From positions 2,976,001-3,040,000 of the forward strand of contig CBDBZU010000004.1 in NCBI GenBank assembly GCA_965213625.1: a stretch of 64,000 nt of DNA. The letters are read 5' to 3'. Below the pieces are notes generated by a model. It saw only the letters and a program-made list of their open reading frames with translations. It ran no database searches and was not told where the DNA came from. This document shows positions 27,323 to 37,732 of the stretch, piece after piece. Origin of the DNA: a bacterium. Its GTDB lineage: Bacteria; UBA8248. The position numbers were made by a program, and so were the translations under genes. How positions within the stretch are numbered: position 1 is the stretch's first letter; every line of letters starts with the position of its first letter.

Positions 27323-28104
27323 CAGCGATCCTGAAAGTCGGCGGTGCGTTTTTCGATGAATGCGTTTAGGCCTTCCTGTGAATCTTCCGTGCTGTTCACC
27401 AGACCGAATTTCTCTGTTTCGAGCGTCAGACCTGCCTCGAGGCCGCCCTCGATGCCACCGTGAACGGCTTGTAAAATCAATTCGATAGCGGGTTTGCTCT
27501 TAGACGCCAGTTTGTGCGCCAGCGCTTTCGCTTCATCCATCAGAGCGTCCTGCTCGCATACCTTGTTCACTAGCCCTATTCTGTGAGCTTCCTCTGCATT
27601 TACCGGATCTCCCGTCATGAGGATTTCCAGCGCGCGGCCTTCTCCGACGAGGCGAGGAAGGCGCTGGGTGCCGCCGTAGCCGGGAATGATCCCCAGATTA
27701 ATCTCCGGCTGGCCGAAGAGCGCGTTCGTGGACGCCAGCCTGATAGAACACGCCATAGCCACCTCGCACCCGCCTCCCAGGGCGAACCCGTTCACCGCCG
27801 CAATCGAAGGTTTTCCAATGGTTTCCAGGTCTCTCAGTATTTTCGTTCCATGCTCAGAGAGCCACCTTGCGCTGAGGGGAGAGCGCCCCACCATGCCCTT
27901 GATGTCCGCCCCCGCGATGAATGCCCTATCGCCTGAACCCGTTAATATCAATACTTTCAGCTCGTTATCTTCCTTGAAATTAGATACCACGTGAGCAAGC
28001 TCATCCATCGTCTCTGTATTCAAGGCATTTAACGCTTTAGGACGATTAAATGTGCAGATGGCGATCGGCCCATCAATTTCATATATCAAATTGTTATAAT
28101 TCAA
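27322..28104 (-). CDS. Enoyl-CoA hydratase (crotonase)
   Basis: NRPKALNAL, AFIAGADI, NGFALGGGCE, GQPEINLGIIPGYGGTQRLPR. Confidence 0.95.
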   Translation of the reverse strand: MNYNNLIYEIDGPIAICTFNRPKALNALNTETMDELAHVVSNFKEDNELKVLILTGSGDRAFIAGADIKGMVGRSPLSARWLSEHGTKILRDLETIGKPSIAAVNGFALGGGCEVAMACSIRLASTNALFGQPEINLGIIPGYGGTQRLPRLVGEGRALEILMTGDPVNAEEAHRIGLVNKVCEQDALMDEAKALAHKLASKSKPAIELILQAVHGGIEGGLEAGLTLETEKFGLVNSTEDSQEGLNAFIEKRTADFQDR

Positions 28105-28208
28105 TAGTTTAGCACCTTATTCCTAAAGTCTGTTATCCATAAATTCAATTTATCGAAAAACCCTGTTAATTTATCTGAATTTATCGATATTTTCGGATTA
28201 AATTACGT

Positions 28209-28260
28209 CCCAAAAACCGTCATGACTACGTTTACCCAAAAACCGTCATGACTACGTTTA
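28209..28260. repeat. Perfect 26-bp tandem duplication
   Basis: CCCAAAAACCGTCATGACTACGTTTA x2 (28209-28234, 28235-28260). Confidence 0.9.
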
Positions 28261-28347
28261 AAGGCAAGGTAAGTGAAACGGGGGTTTCTTCCTATGATAC
28301 TCCCCACTCACCTCCGCTGACACTGGAACGCTCCGTGCATGAAATTT

Positions 28348-29538
28348 CTAATCCCCATACGCCTCGACGATCACCGAAAGCCCCATGCCGCCGCCGATGC
28401 AGGCGCCCGCCAAGCCGTATTTCCCGCCCCGGCGTCTCAGCTCGTGCAGTATCGTGAGGGTGAGCCGCGCGCCGCTCGCGCCCACGGGGTGGCCGATGGC
28501 GATGGCGCCGCCGTTCACGTTCGTTTTATCGCGATCCAGGCCGAGTTCCTTCTCCACCGCCAGATACTGCGCCGAGAACGCCTCGTTTATCTCGATCAAG
28601 TCCATGTCGTCGAGCTGGAGGCCCGCTTTTTTGAGGGCGATGCGGCTGCTCTCCGCAGGCCCGATGCCCATGATCTTCGGATCGCACCCCGAAACGCCCC
28701 AGGATACGAGCCGCCCGATGGGTTTTCGGCCCAGACGCTCCGCCGCCGCTCTCGAAGATATGACGAGCGCCGCCGCCCCGTCGTTGATGCCGCTCGCGTT
28801 GCCCGCCGTCACCACGCCGTCTTCCTTGAATGCGGGCCTGAGCCGCGCGAGCGATTCCTCGTTCGAATCCGCCCGGGGATGCTCGTCGCGGTCGAACGTA
28901 ATCGTCTTTCTGCGCTCTTTCACCTCGACCGCGAAGCATTCTTCCGCCAGACGACCGCTCTCCCAGGCATCGTGCGCGCGCGCCTGTGAAAGTGCTGCGA
29001 ACTCATCCACTCCCTCACGGTGCAGGTCGTATTTATCAGCCAGATTCTCCGCCGTGATGCCCATCGGCACGTTCGCCATCGTGTCGGTGAGCGCCGTGTA
29101 GAGGCCGTCTTCCATCGGGGCCTGGAAAAGCTTCATGCCGGTTCTCGAGTTTCTGATGATGTGCGGTGTCAGGCTCATGTTCTCAGCCCCTACGGCGAGC
29201 ACCACGTCGGCGTCTTCGGTCATGATTTCCTTCGCCCCGCTCACCACGGCCTGGAAGCCGGACGCGCACATGCGGTTCACGCAGTAGCCGGGCCGCTCCA
29301 GCGGAACGCCCGCCGCCAGCGCGACGTGCCTGCCGATGTAGACGCCGTCCGAGTTCGACTGGATGACGTTGCCCACCACGGTGTGGTCGATGTCCTCGGG
29401 CGTCACGCCCGAGCGCGTCATCGCCTCTTTCGCCGCCAGCGAGCCGAGCTCGGTGGCCGACTTCTCCTTCAAGGTTCCCAGAAACGCGCCGAACGGCGTC
29501 CGTGCTCCGCCCAGAAAAACGATATCCTTATCCGACAT
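28348..29538 (-). CDS. Acetyl-CoA acyltransferase (thiolase)
   Basis: NRMCASG, TAGNASGINDGAA, NEAF, GHPVGASG, CIGGG. Confidence 0.95.
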   Translation of the reverse strand: MSDKDIVFLGGARTPFGAFLGTLKEKSATELGSLAAKEAMTRSGVTPEDIDHTVVGNVIQSNSDGVYIGRHVALAAGVPLERPGYCVNRMCASGFQAVVSGAKEIMTEDADVVLAVGAENMSLTPHIIRNSRTGMKLFQAPMEDGLYTALTDTMANVPMGITAENLADKYDLHREGVDEFAALSQARAHDAWESGRLAEECFAVEVKERRKTITFDRDEHPRADSNEESLARLRPAFKEDGVVTAGNASGINDGAAALVISSRAAAERLGRKPIGRLVSWGVSGCDPKIMGIGPAESSRIALKKAGLQLDDMDLIEINEAFSAQYLAVEKELGLDRDKTNVNGGAIAIGHPVGASGARLTLTILHELRRRGGKYGLAGACIGGGMGLSVIVEAYGD

Positions 29539-29850
29539 TCCCCAATTCCTCCTGCTTCAGTGTTGTAACGTAAGAAAATTTTCCGTTTTTTATCCTGCCA
29601 TTTTGTGTTCTCACCATAACGCCAAGGCGAAGCGATGCGCAAGGGTAGTACGTGCAGGCGGGTACGGTGGAATTGTTTCCGCTAGCTCAGTTGCTCTTGC
29701 GGCACCCGGAAGACTCCTTTGATGTTGGAGGTATTGCATACGCAAATCCGGATATGCGTTTTCGCGCGGAAACCGGCTCCCTCATGGGGGTATTGAATAA
29801 GTCCCGATAAGGAGGGCTTGACCCGACCGATCAAAGAGAACAGTACACTC

Positions 29851-29989
29851 CCCCCTTGAGGGGGAGTCGAAGAGGCCGAGCCTTGGCGAAGGTCGATTCG
29901 GTGGGGGGACATGCCACATAAAAAACTCCCCCCACCGGTTCGGTTTCGGGCAAAACCCCCCTCACCTCACCGACTCCCCCTCAAGGGGG
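29851..29989. repeat. REP/MITE-like palindromic element
   Basis: Perfect 19-bp inverted repeat CCCCCTTGAGGGGGAGTCG / CGACTCCCCCTCAAGGGGG with nested CGGTGGGGGGA / TCCCCCCACCG. Confidence 0.8.
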
Positions 29990-30127
29990 AAATGAACTTC
30001 AAAAGCGTGCGCGCAAACCATAATCACTTCTCGTGGGCTTTCATAAAAACCGGCCCGGAAACAGGCGCGTTTGATGCTTCCTCATTTTTCATGCCAAACC
30101 CTTTTCATTTCTGGTCACCGTATCCGC

Positions 30128-30252
30128 CTCACCCTGAGTAGCGGCGAAGCCGCGTATCGAAGGGCTATCTTGAGCCTGACGAAGGTAACGCTCCCTTAGA
30201 TACGCCCCGGATATCTGCAATACGGCGCGCGAGCGCGACTACTCGGGACGAG
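30128..30252. repeat. Second, unrelated REP-like palindromic element
   Basis: CTCACCCTGAGTAG / CTACTCGGGACGAG (11/14) and GCGTATCGAAGGG / CCCTTAGATACGC (12/13) nested inverted repeats. Confidence 0.7.
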
Positions 30253-30473
30253 GGGGTATACTGCGCAAGGGATTCAGCTGTAGCCAACTACCCAATAGCG
30301 TATAGCACAATTGGAGATGACTAATTTCCGTTAGACAGCTTCGGAGATGGGGTGTTAAAGATGTTCTGGCAGATGACTTGTGATGCAGGTGCCGTATAGC
30401 AAAAAAGATGAAGATTAATTTCCTGCATGGCAATCAAGAAATAAACAGATTTTGAGGGGAGCATAAGAGCTTC

Positions 30474-32350
30474 ATGATACACATAGAACTCAAGCAACCA
30501 TACCTTTCAATAAAGAACCTCAACAGCGTCGAATTACCCGATTTTACACTTTTGATCGGCCGAAATGGTGTTGGGAAGACTCAATTACTCGAAGCAATAG
30601 CTGAGGGCCATATTTCTGTCTCGGGCATCTCAAATTCAAGAACTGAAAAATACGATATCGATTCTTTTCGGCCAAGTGATTCTGGGCAAGCAAATTGGGA
30701 GAGTTCTAGTTTTGCTGAAACAGCGGTGGAGAAATATTTCAAAGGTGAATCCGGTTTGGCTGAAACAAGGGTGGAGATATATCTCAAAGGTGAATCCGGT
30801 TTGGCTGCAGCAACAATTTTTCGGAATATTTATCGGAAAACAACTGAGGATTTTGAGCTAGATGATGGCACCGAATATCGCCTCCAATTCGAAGAAGAAG
30901 CAAGGGATACAATTGCCGAAATGTTATCCTCTAGCCAACCAATGCGCACATTGGCTGAATCAACAGATGCGATAAAATATTACTTGGAACAAATCGGAAA
31001 ACTCATCTTTTCATGGCCTCTAGAAGATATAGATGCGGATCTCGCAAATCAGATGTGCCATCTTATCCATTCAGCAATTATATCGAATAGAAAGTTACCG
31101 CATGAAATAACTCGAGGCGATATTCTACGAGCTGCAAATTCTGCAGTAAAAACAATCGGTAATTCGCTGAGTCAAGTTTTCACGAGATATAAAGTCGAAC
31201 AGTTCTCATGGGCACACAAGGAAGCGGAAGCGGGTCCCGAGAATTTTGAACATCTGATGTCGAGTTATCTAGAGACAAATCCCCCGCCATGGATCACGTT
31301 GCACGAAAACCTGGAAAAGATGCGCGAGGCACCGGGATATCCGGATCTTTTTAATTTTGAATTTTCTGACCCGAGAGACGACAAAATCACTTTTGCGAAT
31401 CATCGAGAATACTCATTTGAAACAAAGTTTACCAACAGAGCTACCGGTGAAAGCTATCCAGTCGAAAGCCTTTCATCAGGAGAGAAAATACTGATGTCAT
31501 TATGTTTGGCCTCATTCAATCAAAAGTTGGGTCGCCAACCGCCCAGCCTCATATTACTGGACGAACTCGACTCCGTACTACACCCTTCCATGATTTCTGC
31601 TCTTATAGCTAGCATCAAGACTCTGTTTATCGACAAAGGAACGAAAGTCATCATGGCTACGCATTCTGTAACGACCGCAGCCCTCTTCGATGAAGATAAA
31701 ATTTACCGCATGAGAAGGAACAACAACAAAATTACTATTCGACCTATTACAATATCCGAGGCGGTTTCAGAACTATCAGAGGGTCTGGCGACGATAGATA
31801 CTGGATTGAGGATTGCGGGAGCTGATGCTAAACCAATTACTATACTGACTGAAGGCAAGAACTTGCTACACATGAAAAAGTGGGCAAGCTTATATTATCC
31901 TGAAGAAGTAGATGTATTTGATGCTTTGCCAGAAAAAACAGGCAAGGATCAGCTAAAAACCTACGGTGATCTTCTCTCGAAAGTAAACACGAATTCTCAC
32001 TTTCTTATTGTTTGGGATTGTGATGCAAAAAGTATCGCTAAAAATTGGCGGATGAACTCCCTAAAGCAGCGAATGTAACAGCATTTGCATTCTCAAAGCG
32101 ACAAAATACAATCGCTCCGAAAGGTATTGAGAACAAATACGATGAAAAGGACTTGGAACCGTTTTCAAATCGGACGACGAAGATGTTGACTGGCGAGGTA
32201 CTTCGCATTTCGTTTGACAACGACGAAAAGACTAAATTTGCAGAACATATCTTCGCGAATGGAACAAAAGAAGACTTTCGATATTTTGATGACCTGAATG
32301 CGGTTGTATGTGGAGTTCTGGAACGGCTATCAACACAACAATGCCAATAA
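30474..32350 (+). pseudogene. OLD-family-like ABC ATPase + TOPRIM nuclease, split by a 1-nt frameshift (real or assembly error)
   Basis: GRNGVGKT, LSSGEK, LLDELD, ATHS; TOPRIM ILTEG...WDCD; A5 run 32040-32044 separates it from ORF 32045..32350 carrying GIENKY; AT-rich. Confidence 0.75.
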
Positions 32351-32470
32351 ATCATATTTCGTAATATTTTTACTTTTTCGAAAAGGTTTACCGACGAGAA
32401 GCCGCTCGGTCACGGACTCGTCGCATCCGTGATACCCGAGCACGAAAGTCGTCGCTAGACGGTGCAATTT

Positions 32471-32668
32471 CTACCTGAATCGTTCGGTGAGTTGTCCGTC
32501 GGGCGTGTGGATCCCCAATTTTTGGAGGGCTTTTTGTGCGGTTTCCTTGGATTTTGTAACTTTCTTGAGATATTTCTTGCACGCAATCGAAAATCTATCG
32601 GCGTCGGCTTGATTCAACACCCCTGGCCGCACAACTACGACTTTTTGTTCCGTCTTTTTCTTACCCAT
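32471..32668 (-). CDS. Small basic hypothetical protein (65 aa)
   Basis: MGKKKTEQK...LQKLGIHTPDGQLTERFR; purine-rich GGAAGGA upstream. Confidence 0.55.
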   Translation of the reverse strand: MGKKKTEQKVVVVRPGVLNQADADRFSIACKKYLKKVTKSKETAQKALQKLGIHTPDGQLTERFR

Positions 32669-32826
32669 TGCGTCACCATTCCTTCCTGAAAGGTGAATAC
32701 GACGAGGTGGTAAGCATGGGTCCGATATCAACTCGTGGGGTTCGATAGTATTTATTTATCGTTCGTTCAATTATAAAGATCTACTCCTGATCGCGCCTTG
32801 TCAATTTCAGGCCTCTCAGGGCTCCC

Positions 32827-33864
32827 CTACATCCACGAGAGCGGCGTGGCGGCGTCTCCCCGGAGTCTTCTGGCGGCGTCTTTGGCGAAGTAGGTGAGGA
32901 TGATGTCCGCCCCCGCGCGCTTGATCGAGATGAGCATTTCCATGAACGCGCGCTCGGGGTCGAGCCACCCGTTGCGGCACGCCGCCGCCAGCATGGCGAA
33001 CTCGCCCGAGACGTTATAAGCGGCGACTGGCAAGTCCATGATACTCCGCGCGCGGGCGATGACGTCGAGATAGACGAGTGCGGGCTTCACCATCACGATG
33101 TCCGCCCCCTCCTCGATATCGAAAGCTATCTCGCGCATGGCCTCGCGCGCATTCGCCGGGTCCATCTGGTAGGAACTCCTGTCGCCGAAGGCGGGGGCGC
33201 TCTCCGCCGCCTCTCGGAAGGGCCCGTAGTAGGCGCTCGAAAATTTCGCCGAATAAGCCATGATGGGCGTCTGGGCGAACCCGCTTTCGTCCAGCGCCAT
33301 GCGAATCGAGCCGACGCGGCCATCCATCATGTCAGACGGCGCGATGATGTCGGCCCCCGCCTCGGCGTGGCTCATCGCCGTCTGGTCGATGAGTTCGAGC
33401 GTGGGGTCGTTCAGTATCTTCTCGCCCTCGATGATGCCGCAGTGGCCGTGGTCCATGTACTCGCAAAGACAAACGTCCGTGATGACGCACAGGTCGGGGT
33501 ATGCCTCCTTGAGTGCGCGCACCGCGTTCTGCACGACGCCGTCTTCCGCATAGGCCCCGCTCGCGATGTCGTCCTTGTGATCCGGAATGCCGAACAGGAT
33601 GACGCCGGGGATGTCGAGAGCGGTAATTTCCTCACAATCGGCCACCAGACGGTCGACGGAGAGTTGGTATTGCCCGGGCATGGAGGAGATTTCCTGCTTT
33701 ACGTTCTCACCCTCGACCACGAACATCGGGTAGATGAGGTTATCCACGGAAAGTCTCGTCTCGCGCACCATGCGCCGCATAGCGGCCGTCTCCCGCGTGC
33801 GCCTCGTGCGATTTTGCACATCCCCTGCAAGAGCCGAAAGAATCAGATTGTCATCAGGCATCAT
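32827..33864 (-). CDS. hemB: Porphobilinogen synthase
   Basis: [14 protein letters not shown] (Zn-type), [19 protein letters not shown]. Confidence 0.97.
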   Translation of the reverse strand: MMPDDNLILSALAGDVQNRTRRTRETAAMRRMVRETRLSVDNLIYPMFVVEGENVKQEISSMPGQYQLSVDRLVADCEEITALDIPGVILFGIPDHKDDIASGAYAEDGVVQNAVRALKEAYPDLCVITDVCLCEYMDHGHCGIIEGEKILNDPTLELIDQTAMSHAEAGADIIAPSDMMDGRVGSIRMALDESGFAQTPIMAYSAKFSSAYYGPFREAAESAPAFGDRSSYQMDPANAREAMREIAFDIEEGADIVMVKPALVYLDVIARARSIMDLPVAAYNVSGEFAMLAAACRNGWLDPERAFMEMLISIKRAGADIILTYFAKDAARRLRGDAATPLSWM

Positions 33865-34721
33865 GAAATATCACCCTCCATTTTCGGCGTTACGTTCGCC
33901 GTTTCCAGTTCCCGGTAAAAAGAGACGATGGCACTCGCCATGCCGGGAATCGTCGATTCGGCGGCCTCGACGTCCGGTTCGACGCCCCACTTACGCGCCG
34001 TGGCGGTGGTCGCAGGCCCGATAGAGGCCACGCGCGCTTGCGCCACCCATCCTTTCACCCTCTCCTCCCCCGCCGCTCTCATGAAGCCATCGAGCGCCGA
34101 GGAACTCGTGAATGTAAGCATATCAATTTTTCCGTCTTCAAGCTCTCCCCAGACATCGCGAAGCGCTTCGCGTCCCAGAGGCGTCGTCCGGTAGACGGCC
34201 ACGTCATCCAGCAACGCTCCCATTCCCACAAGCGCTTTGGGAATGGCGTCTCTCCCCTCTTTCGCCCGGGCCAGCAAAACACGCGCCCCGGCCAAATCTT
34301 CGTTCTCGAAAAGCGCGACGACGCCCTCGGCCACATATTTGCCGGCCACTTTTTGGGGCGTTCTTCCCAAATGCTTTTCCACCGCTGCGGCCGTGGCGGG
34401 TCCTACAGTCAGAATCGATGTTTCCGCTGGAATCGTATCGGGAGCTACGCCGAGAGCGACAAACCTTTTCGCCAGATATTTCGGCCCGTTCGCGCTCGTG
34501 AAGAGTATCCATTGATATTTGTCCAGCGCGCGAACCGCCGCATCCACTGGCGCCCAGTCTTCAGGCTCCGTGATCCGTATCATGGGCGCGACGCGCACGC
34601 ATGCGCCCAGGTCTGAGAGCATATCGCCCATACGCGATGCCCCCTCCTCTGGGCGCGTGACGAGGATTGTTTTGGCCGCGAGCGGACGCTCGCCCGAGTC
34701 TTCGTTTTCAGCTTGACTCAT
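33861..34721 (-). CDS. hemD: Uroporphyrinogen-III synthase
   Basis: ILVTRP, FTSANG, VYRT, FTSSS, SIGPAT; position in hem operon. Confidence 0.92.
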   Translation of the reverse strand: MSQAENEDSGERPLAAKTILVTRPEEGASRMGDMLSDLGACVRVAPMIRITEPEDWAPVDAAVRALDKYQWILFTSANGPKYLAKRFVALGVAPDTIPAETSILTVGPATAAAVEKHLGRTPQKVAGKYVAEGVVALFENEDLAGARVLLARAKEGRDAIPKALVGMGALLDDVAVYRTTPLGREALRDVWGELEDGKIDMLTFTSSSALDGFMRAAGEERVKGWVAQARVASIGPATTATARKWGVEPDVEAAESTIPGMASAIVSFYRELETANVTPKMEGDIS

Positions 34722-35638
34722 CGCGCGTCTCTCAATATTTCCGCCCCGCCATGTGCGAGAACGTCCTCGGCCACCTCATCGGCCATTCTCGTAGCGTCAT
34801 CGGGTGTCCCCGTTCGTTCTCGCTCCACCATCCGCTTCCCGTCGACACTCGCTAAACGGGCTTTAATGATAAACCCGCTTTTTCGAATCTCAGCGAAAAT
34901 GCCCAATGGCAATAGACACCCACCCTCCAAGCGCGCCATTACGACGCGCTCTGCCATCACGGCGCGTTTCGTCTCCTGGTGATTCAAGCCTTCCATCAGG
35001 CGGCGCGTGCCCGCATCATTCTCCCTCGTCTCGATGGCGAGCGCGCCCTGGCCCGCGGCCGGCAGCATGAGTTCGGGCGCGAGTGACTCGGTCGCTCGCT
35101 CCTCCATCCCCAGACGCTTCAGGCCCGCCAGGGCGAGAATTGCGCCTTCCACCTCCCCCGCCGCCACTTTTTCGAGGCGCGTATCCACGTTTCCGCGCAA
35201 CTCCACAATTTCCAGATCGCGCCGGTAGCGCCTGATCTGCGCGATTCGCCTTAAACTGCTCGTGCCGATTCTGCTGCCGGGCGCGAGTCCGCGGATCGAT
35301 TCCCCGCCCCGTGAGACAAGAGCGTCCCAGGGTTCTTCTCTTTCCGGAATCGAGGCGAGGATGAGGCCTTCGGGCAGTTCACTCGGCAGGTCTTTCAGGC
35401 TATGGACGGCGGCATCGATTTTACCTTGTAGAAGAGCGTCTTCGATTTCCTTTACGAAAAGACCCTTGCCCCCCAGTTCATGAATGGGGGAGCCGAGCAT
35501 GGCGTCCCCCCGCGTGCGGACGATAATTTCCTCCACGGCAAGTCCCGGATTCAGTTCCTTCAACTGTGCGGCCACCAGAGCCGTCTGCGCGCGCGCCAGC
35601 GCGCTGCCCCGCGTGCCGAGGCGTAGCGTGTCATTCAT
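34718..35638 (-). CDS. hemC: Hydroxymethylbilane synthase
   Basis: GTRGSALA, GKGLFVKE, VHSLKD, GTSSLRR, RGNVDTRL, LEGGC. Confidence 0.97.
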   Translation of the reverse strand: MNDTLRLGTRGSALARAQTALVAAQLKELNPGLAVEEIIVRTRGDAMLGSPIHELGGKGLFVKEIEDALLQGKIDAAVHSLKDLPSELPEGLILASIPEREEPWDALVSRGGESIRGLAPGSRIGTSSLRRIAQIRRYRRDLEIVELRGNVDTRLEKVAAGEVEGAILALAGLKRLGMEERATESLAPELMLPAAGQGALAIETRENDAGTRRLMEGLNHQETKRAVMAERVVMARLEGGCLLPLGIFAEIRKSGFIIKARLASVDGKRMVERERTGTPDDATRMADEVAEDVLAHGGAEILRDAR

Positions 35639-35641
35639 GTA

Positions 35642-36949
35642 TCAGTCCGATTCATCCGGTGGCTCGGGCGGTCTTTCATCGCTTTCGGGTTCCACACCGA
35701 AGAGTTTCTGGACGGATTCGACGGAAATGCCCTCCACGTCTTCTTCCGCCATCTGGCGCAGGACGGCGAAGGGATGGTGGAGCAGCTTGTTGACCAGCGC
35801 CTTCGTCATGGCGTCAAGGGCATCGCGACCGTCTTCTCCCAGCTCGGGAAGACGCGGGATGGTTTTTTCGATTTCCGACTGGCGCATCGATTCGGCGAAG
35901 AAGCGAATGGCCGCAAAGGTATGCCTGAGTTCCTCTGCCTTCTGGCGTGCAAGGTAGGTCTCCACCTCGCTATCCAGGATCGCGCGCGCGTCGCGGGCCA
36001 CCTCTTCGCGGTCACGCAGGTTGTCCGCCGCGACGGACTGTAGATCGTCCACGTCATAGAGATAGGCGTCTTCGAGATCGTTCACGTCTGGCGCAACGTT
36101 TCTCGGCACGGCGATGTCGATGAGGAATACCGGCGCGTCGCGGCGGCGTTCCAATGCAGCGGCCACGGTCGGTTTGTCGAGGACAAACTCCTTCGCGGCC
36201 GTAGATGCGATGACGACGTCGGCTTCGATGAGCGCCCCTTCCAGATTATCGAAACCTACAGCGCTTCCCCCGAGCCTGGAAGCCAACTCTTGCGCACGCG
36301 CGAACGTCCTGTTCGCCACGCGGAGGGTGTCGGCCCCGCTCGCTTTGAGATGCCTTGCTGCCGCTTCGCCCATTTCGCCCGCGCCTAGCAGGAGCACGTT
36401 CTTGCTTTCGAGTGAGCCGAATATTCTTTTCGCCAGATCCACGGCGACCGAACTTACCGACACAGGCGACTCGCCAATCGGCGTTTGCTCGCGGATTTTC
36501 TTCGCCACGCGAAACGCGCGGGAGAAGAGGTTCGTGAGGGCCTTTCCGGCGTGGCCCGAGGCCTGGGCGACCCGGTAGGCTTCTTTCACCTGCCCCAAAA
36601 TCTGCGGTTCGCCCACCACCATGGAATCGAGGCTCGCCGCCACGGTGAACAGATGCCGGGTGGCTTCGGCCTCGCGGTGAACGTAAAGATGAGCATTCAA
36701 CTCCTCTACGCCGATGTCGCGCGATTCGAGGAAAAAACGATGGATCGCGTCGAGACCCTGCTCGTAATCCTCCGCCGCGCTGTAGACTTCCACCCGGTTG
36801 CACGTCGAGAGGATGAGCCGCTCCTCCAGCCCGTGGTAGCCCGCCAGACGGTCGAGCCACTCGTCCATATTGCTTTCGGGGAAATAGAGGCGCTCACGAA
36901 CGCTGAGCGGCGTATTGTGGTGGCTCACGCCGGCGAGAATGATGGACAT
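35642..36949 (-). CDS. hemA: Glutamyl-tRNA reductase
   Basis: STCNRVE, SLDSMVVGEPQILGQ, GAGEMG, DIAVPR. Confidence 0.97.
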   Translation of the reverse strand: MSIILAGVSHHNTPLSVRERLYFPESNMDEWLDRLAGYHGLEERLILSTCNRVEVYSAAEDYEQGLDAIHRFFLESRDIGVEELNAHLYVHREAEATRHLFTVAASLDSMVVGEPQILGQVKEAYRVAQASGHAGKALTNLFSRAFRVAKKIREQTPIGESPVSVSSVAVDLAKRIFGSLESKNVLLLGAGEMGEAAARHLKASGADTLRVANRTFARAQELASRLGGSAVGFDNLEGALIEADVVIASTAAKEFVLDKPTVAAALERRRDAPVFLIDIAVPRNVAPDVNDLEDAYLYDVDDLQSVAADNLRDREEVARDARAILDSEVETYLARQKAEELRHTFAAIRFFAESMRQSEIEKTIPRLPELGEDGRDALDAMTKALVNKLLHHPFAVLRQMAEEDVEGISVESVQKLFGVEPESDERPPEPPDESD

Positions 36950-36952
36950 CTT

Positions 36953-37732
36953 CTAGCCCGCCCCCTGGAAATGGACGACCAGCGCGAGGAGCGCGGCGAA
37001 AAAGGCCACCATCGAGAAAACGGCGGAGCGCTTTCCCTTCCAGCTTCTGGTGAGCCGACAGATGAGCAGGAGACCGTACGCCCCCCAGATGAGTATCAAC
37101 GGCCAGGTCCGCACCGGGTCGAGGCTCCAGTAGGCGCCGTGGCGCGACTTCGCCCACATCGACCCGAGCAGCAGGCTCGCCGTGAGGAACGCGAAGCCGA
37201 AATAGAGAATCTTGTGGTTCAAATCGTCCAGGATATCGAGCGAAGGCAGACGGTGCAGCCAGGCGCTTGGTCTTCTGGATTTTAGCTGCTGGGATTGCAC
37301 GAGGTACATCAGCGCCGAGGCGAAGAGCAGAAAGAACGCGCCCCAGCTCAGCAGCGCGAGCACGGCGTGACCTTTCAGCAGATAGCCCTGCACGGCGATC
37401 GAACCCGCGCCCCACACGCCGGGGAAAGCGGCGGCATATCCCTCGAGGATGAAGGCCGCCGGTACGGCGAAACCGCCCAGAGCGATGTCGCGGTAGCGCG
37501 CGTAGACGATCAGGTACATCAGGATGATTACCCACGCCATGCCGCTAAGCCACGGTCCCCAGCCCTCGGGCGTGCCGGAGGCGAAGCTCACCCCCAGCAT
37601 GAGGGTGTGGAGCGCGAACCCCGCGAGCAGCGCGCCAATCCCGTAGACTACGCCCGCCGTCCTGCCCGTGCAGAGCAGATACAGGTGCGTGAGCGCAGCC
37701 ACGAGATAGCAGCCGATCAATATGGCGACCAA
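36953..37732 (-). CDS. ccsA: Cytochrome c biogenesis CcsA-like protein
   Basis: TM-rich, LPSLDILD, GSMWA...YWSLDP; immediately upstream of hemA. Confidence 0.8.
   Translation of the reverse strand: MVAILIGCYLVAALTHLYLLCTGRTAGVVYGIGALLAGFALHTLMLGVSFASGTPEGWGPWLSGMAWVIILMYLIVYARYRDIALGGFAVPAAFILEGYAAAFPGVWGAGSIAVQGYLLKGHAVLALLSWGAFFLLFASALMYLVQSQQLKSRRPSAWLHRLPSLDILDDLNHKILYFGFAFLTASLLLGSMWAKSRHGAYWSLDPVRTWPLILIWGAYGLLLICRLTRSWKGKRSAVFSMVAFFAALLALVVHFQGAG

Noticed and set aside
29682-30433. Short ORFs 29682..29912, 29911..30141 and 30239..30433
   Set aside because: Overlap palindromic repeats or promoter DNA; no RBS or coding pattern
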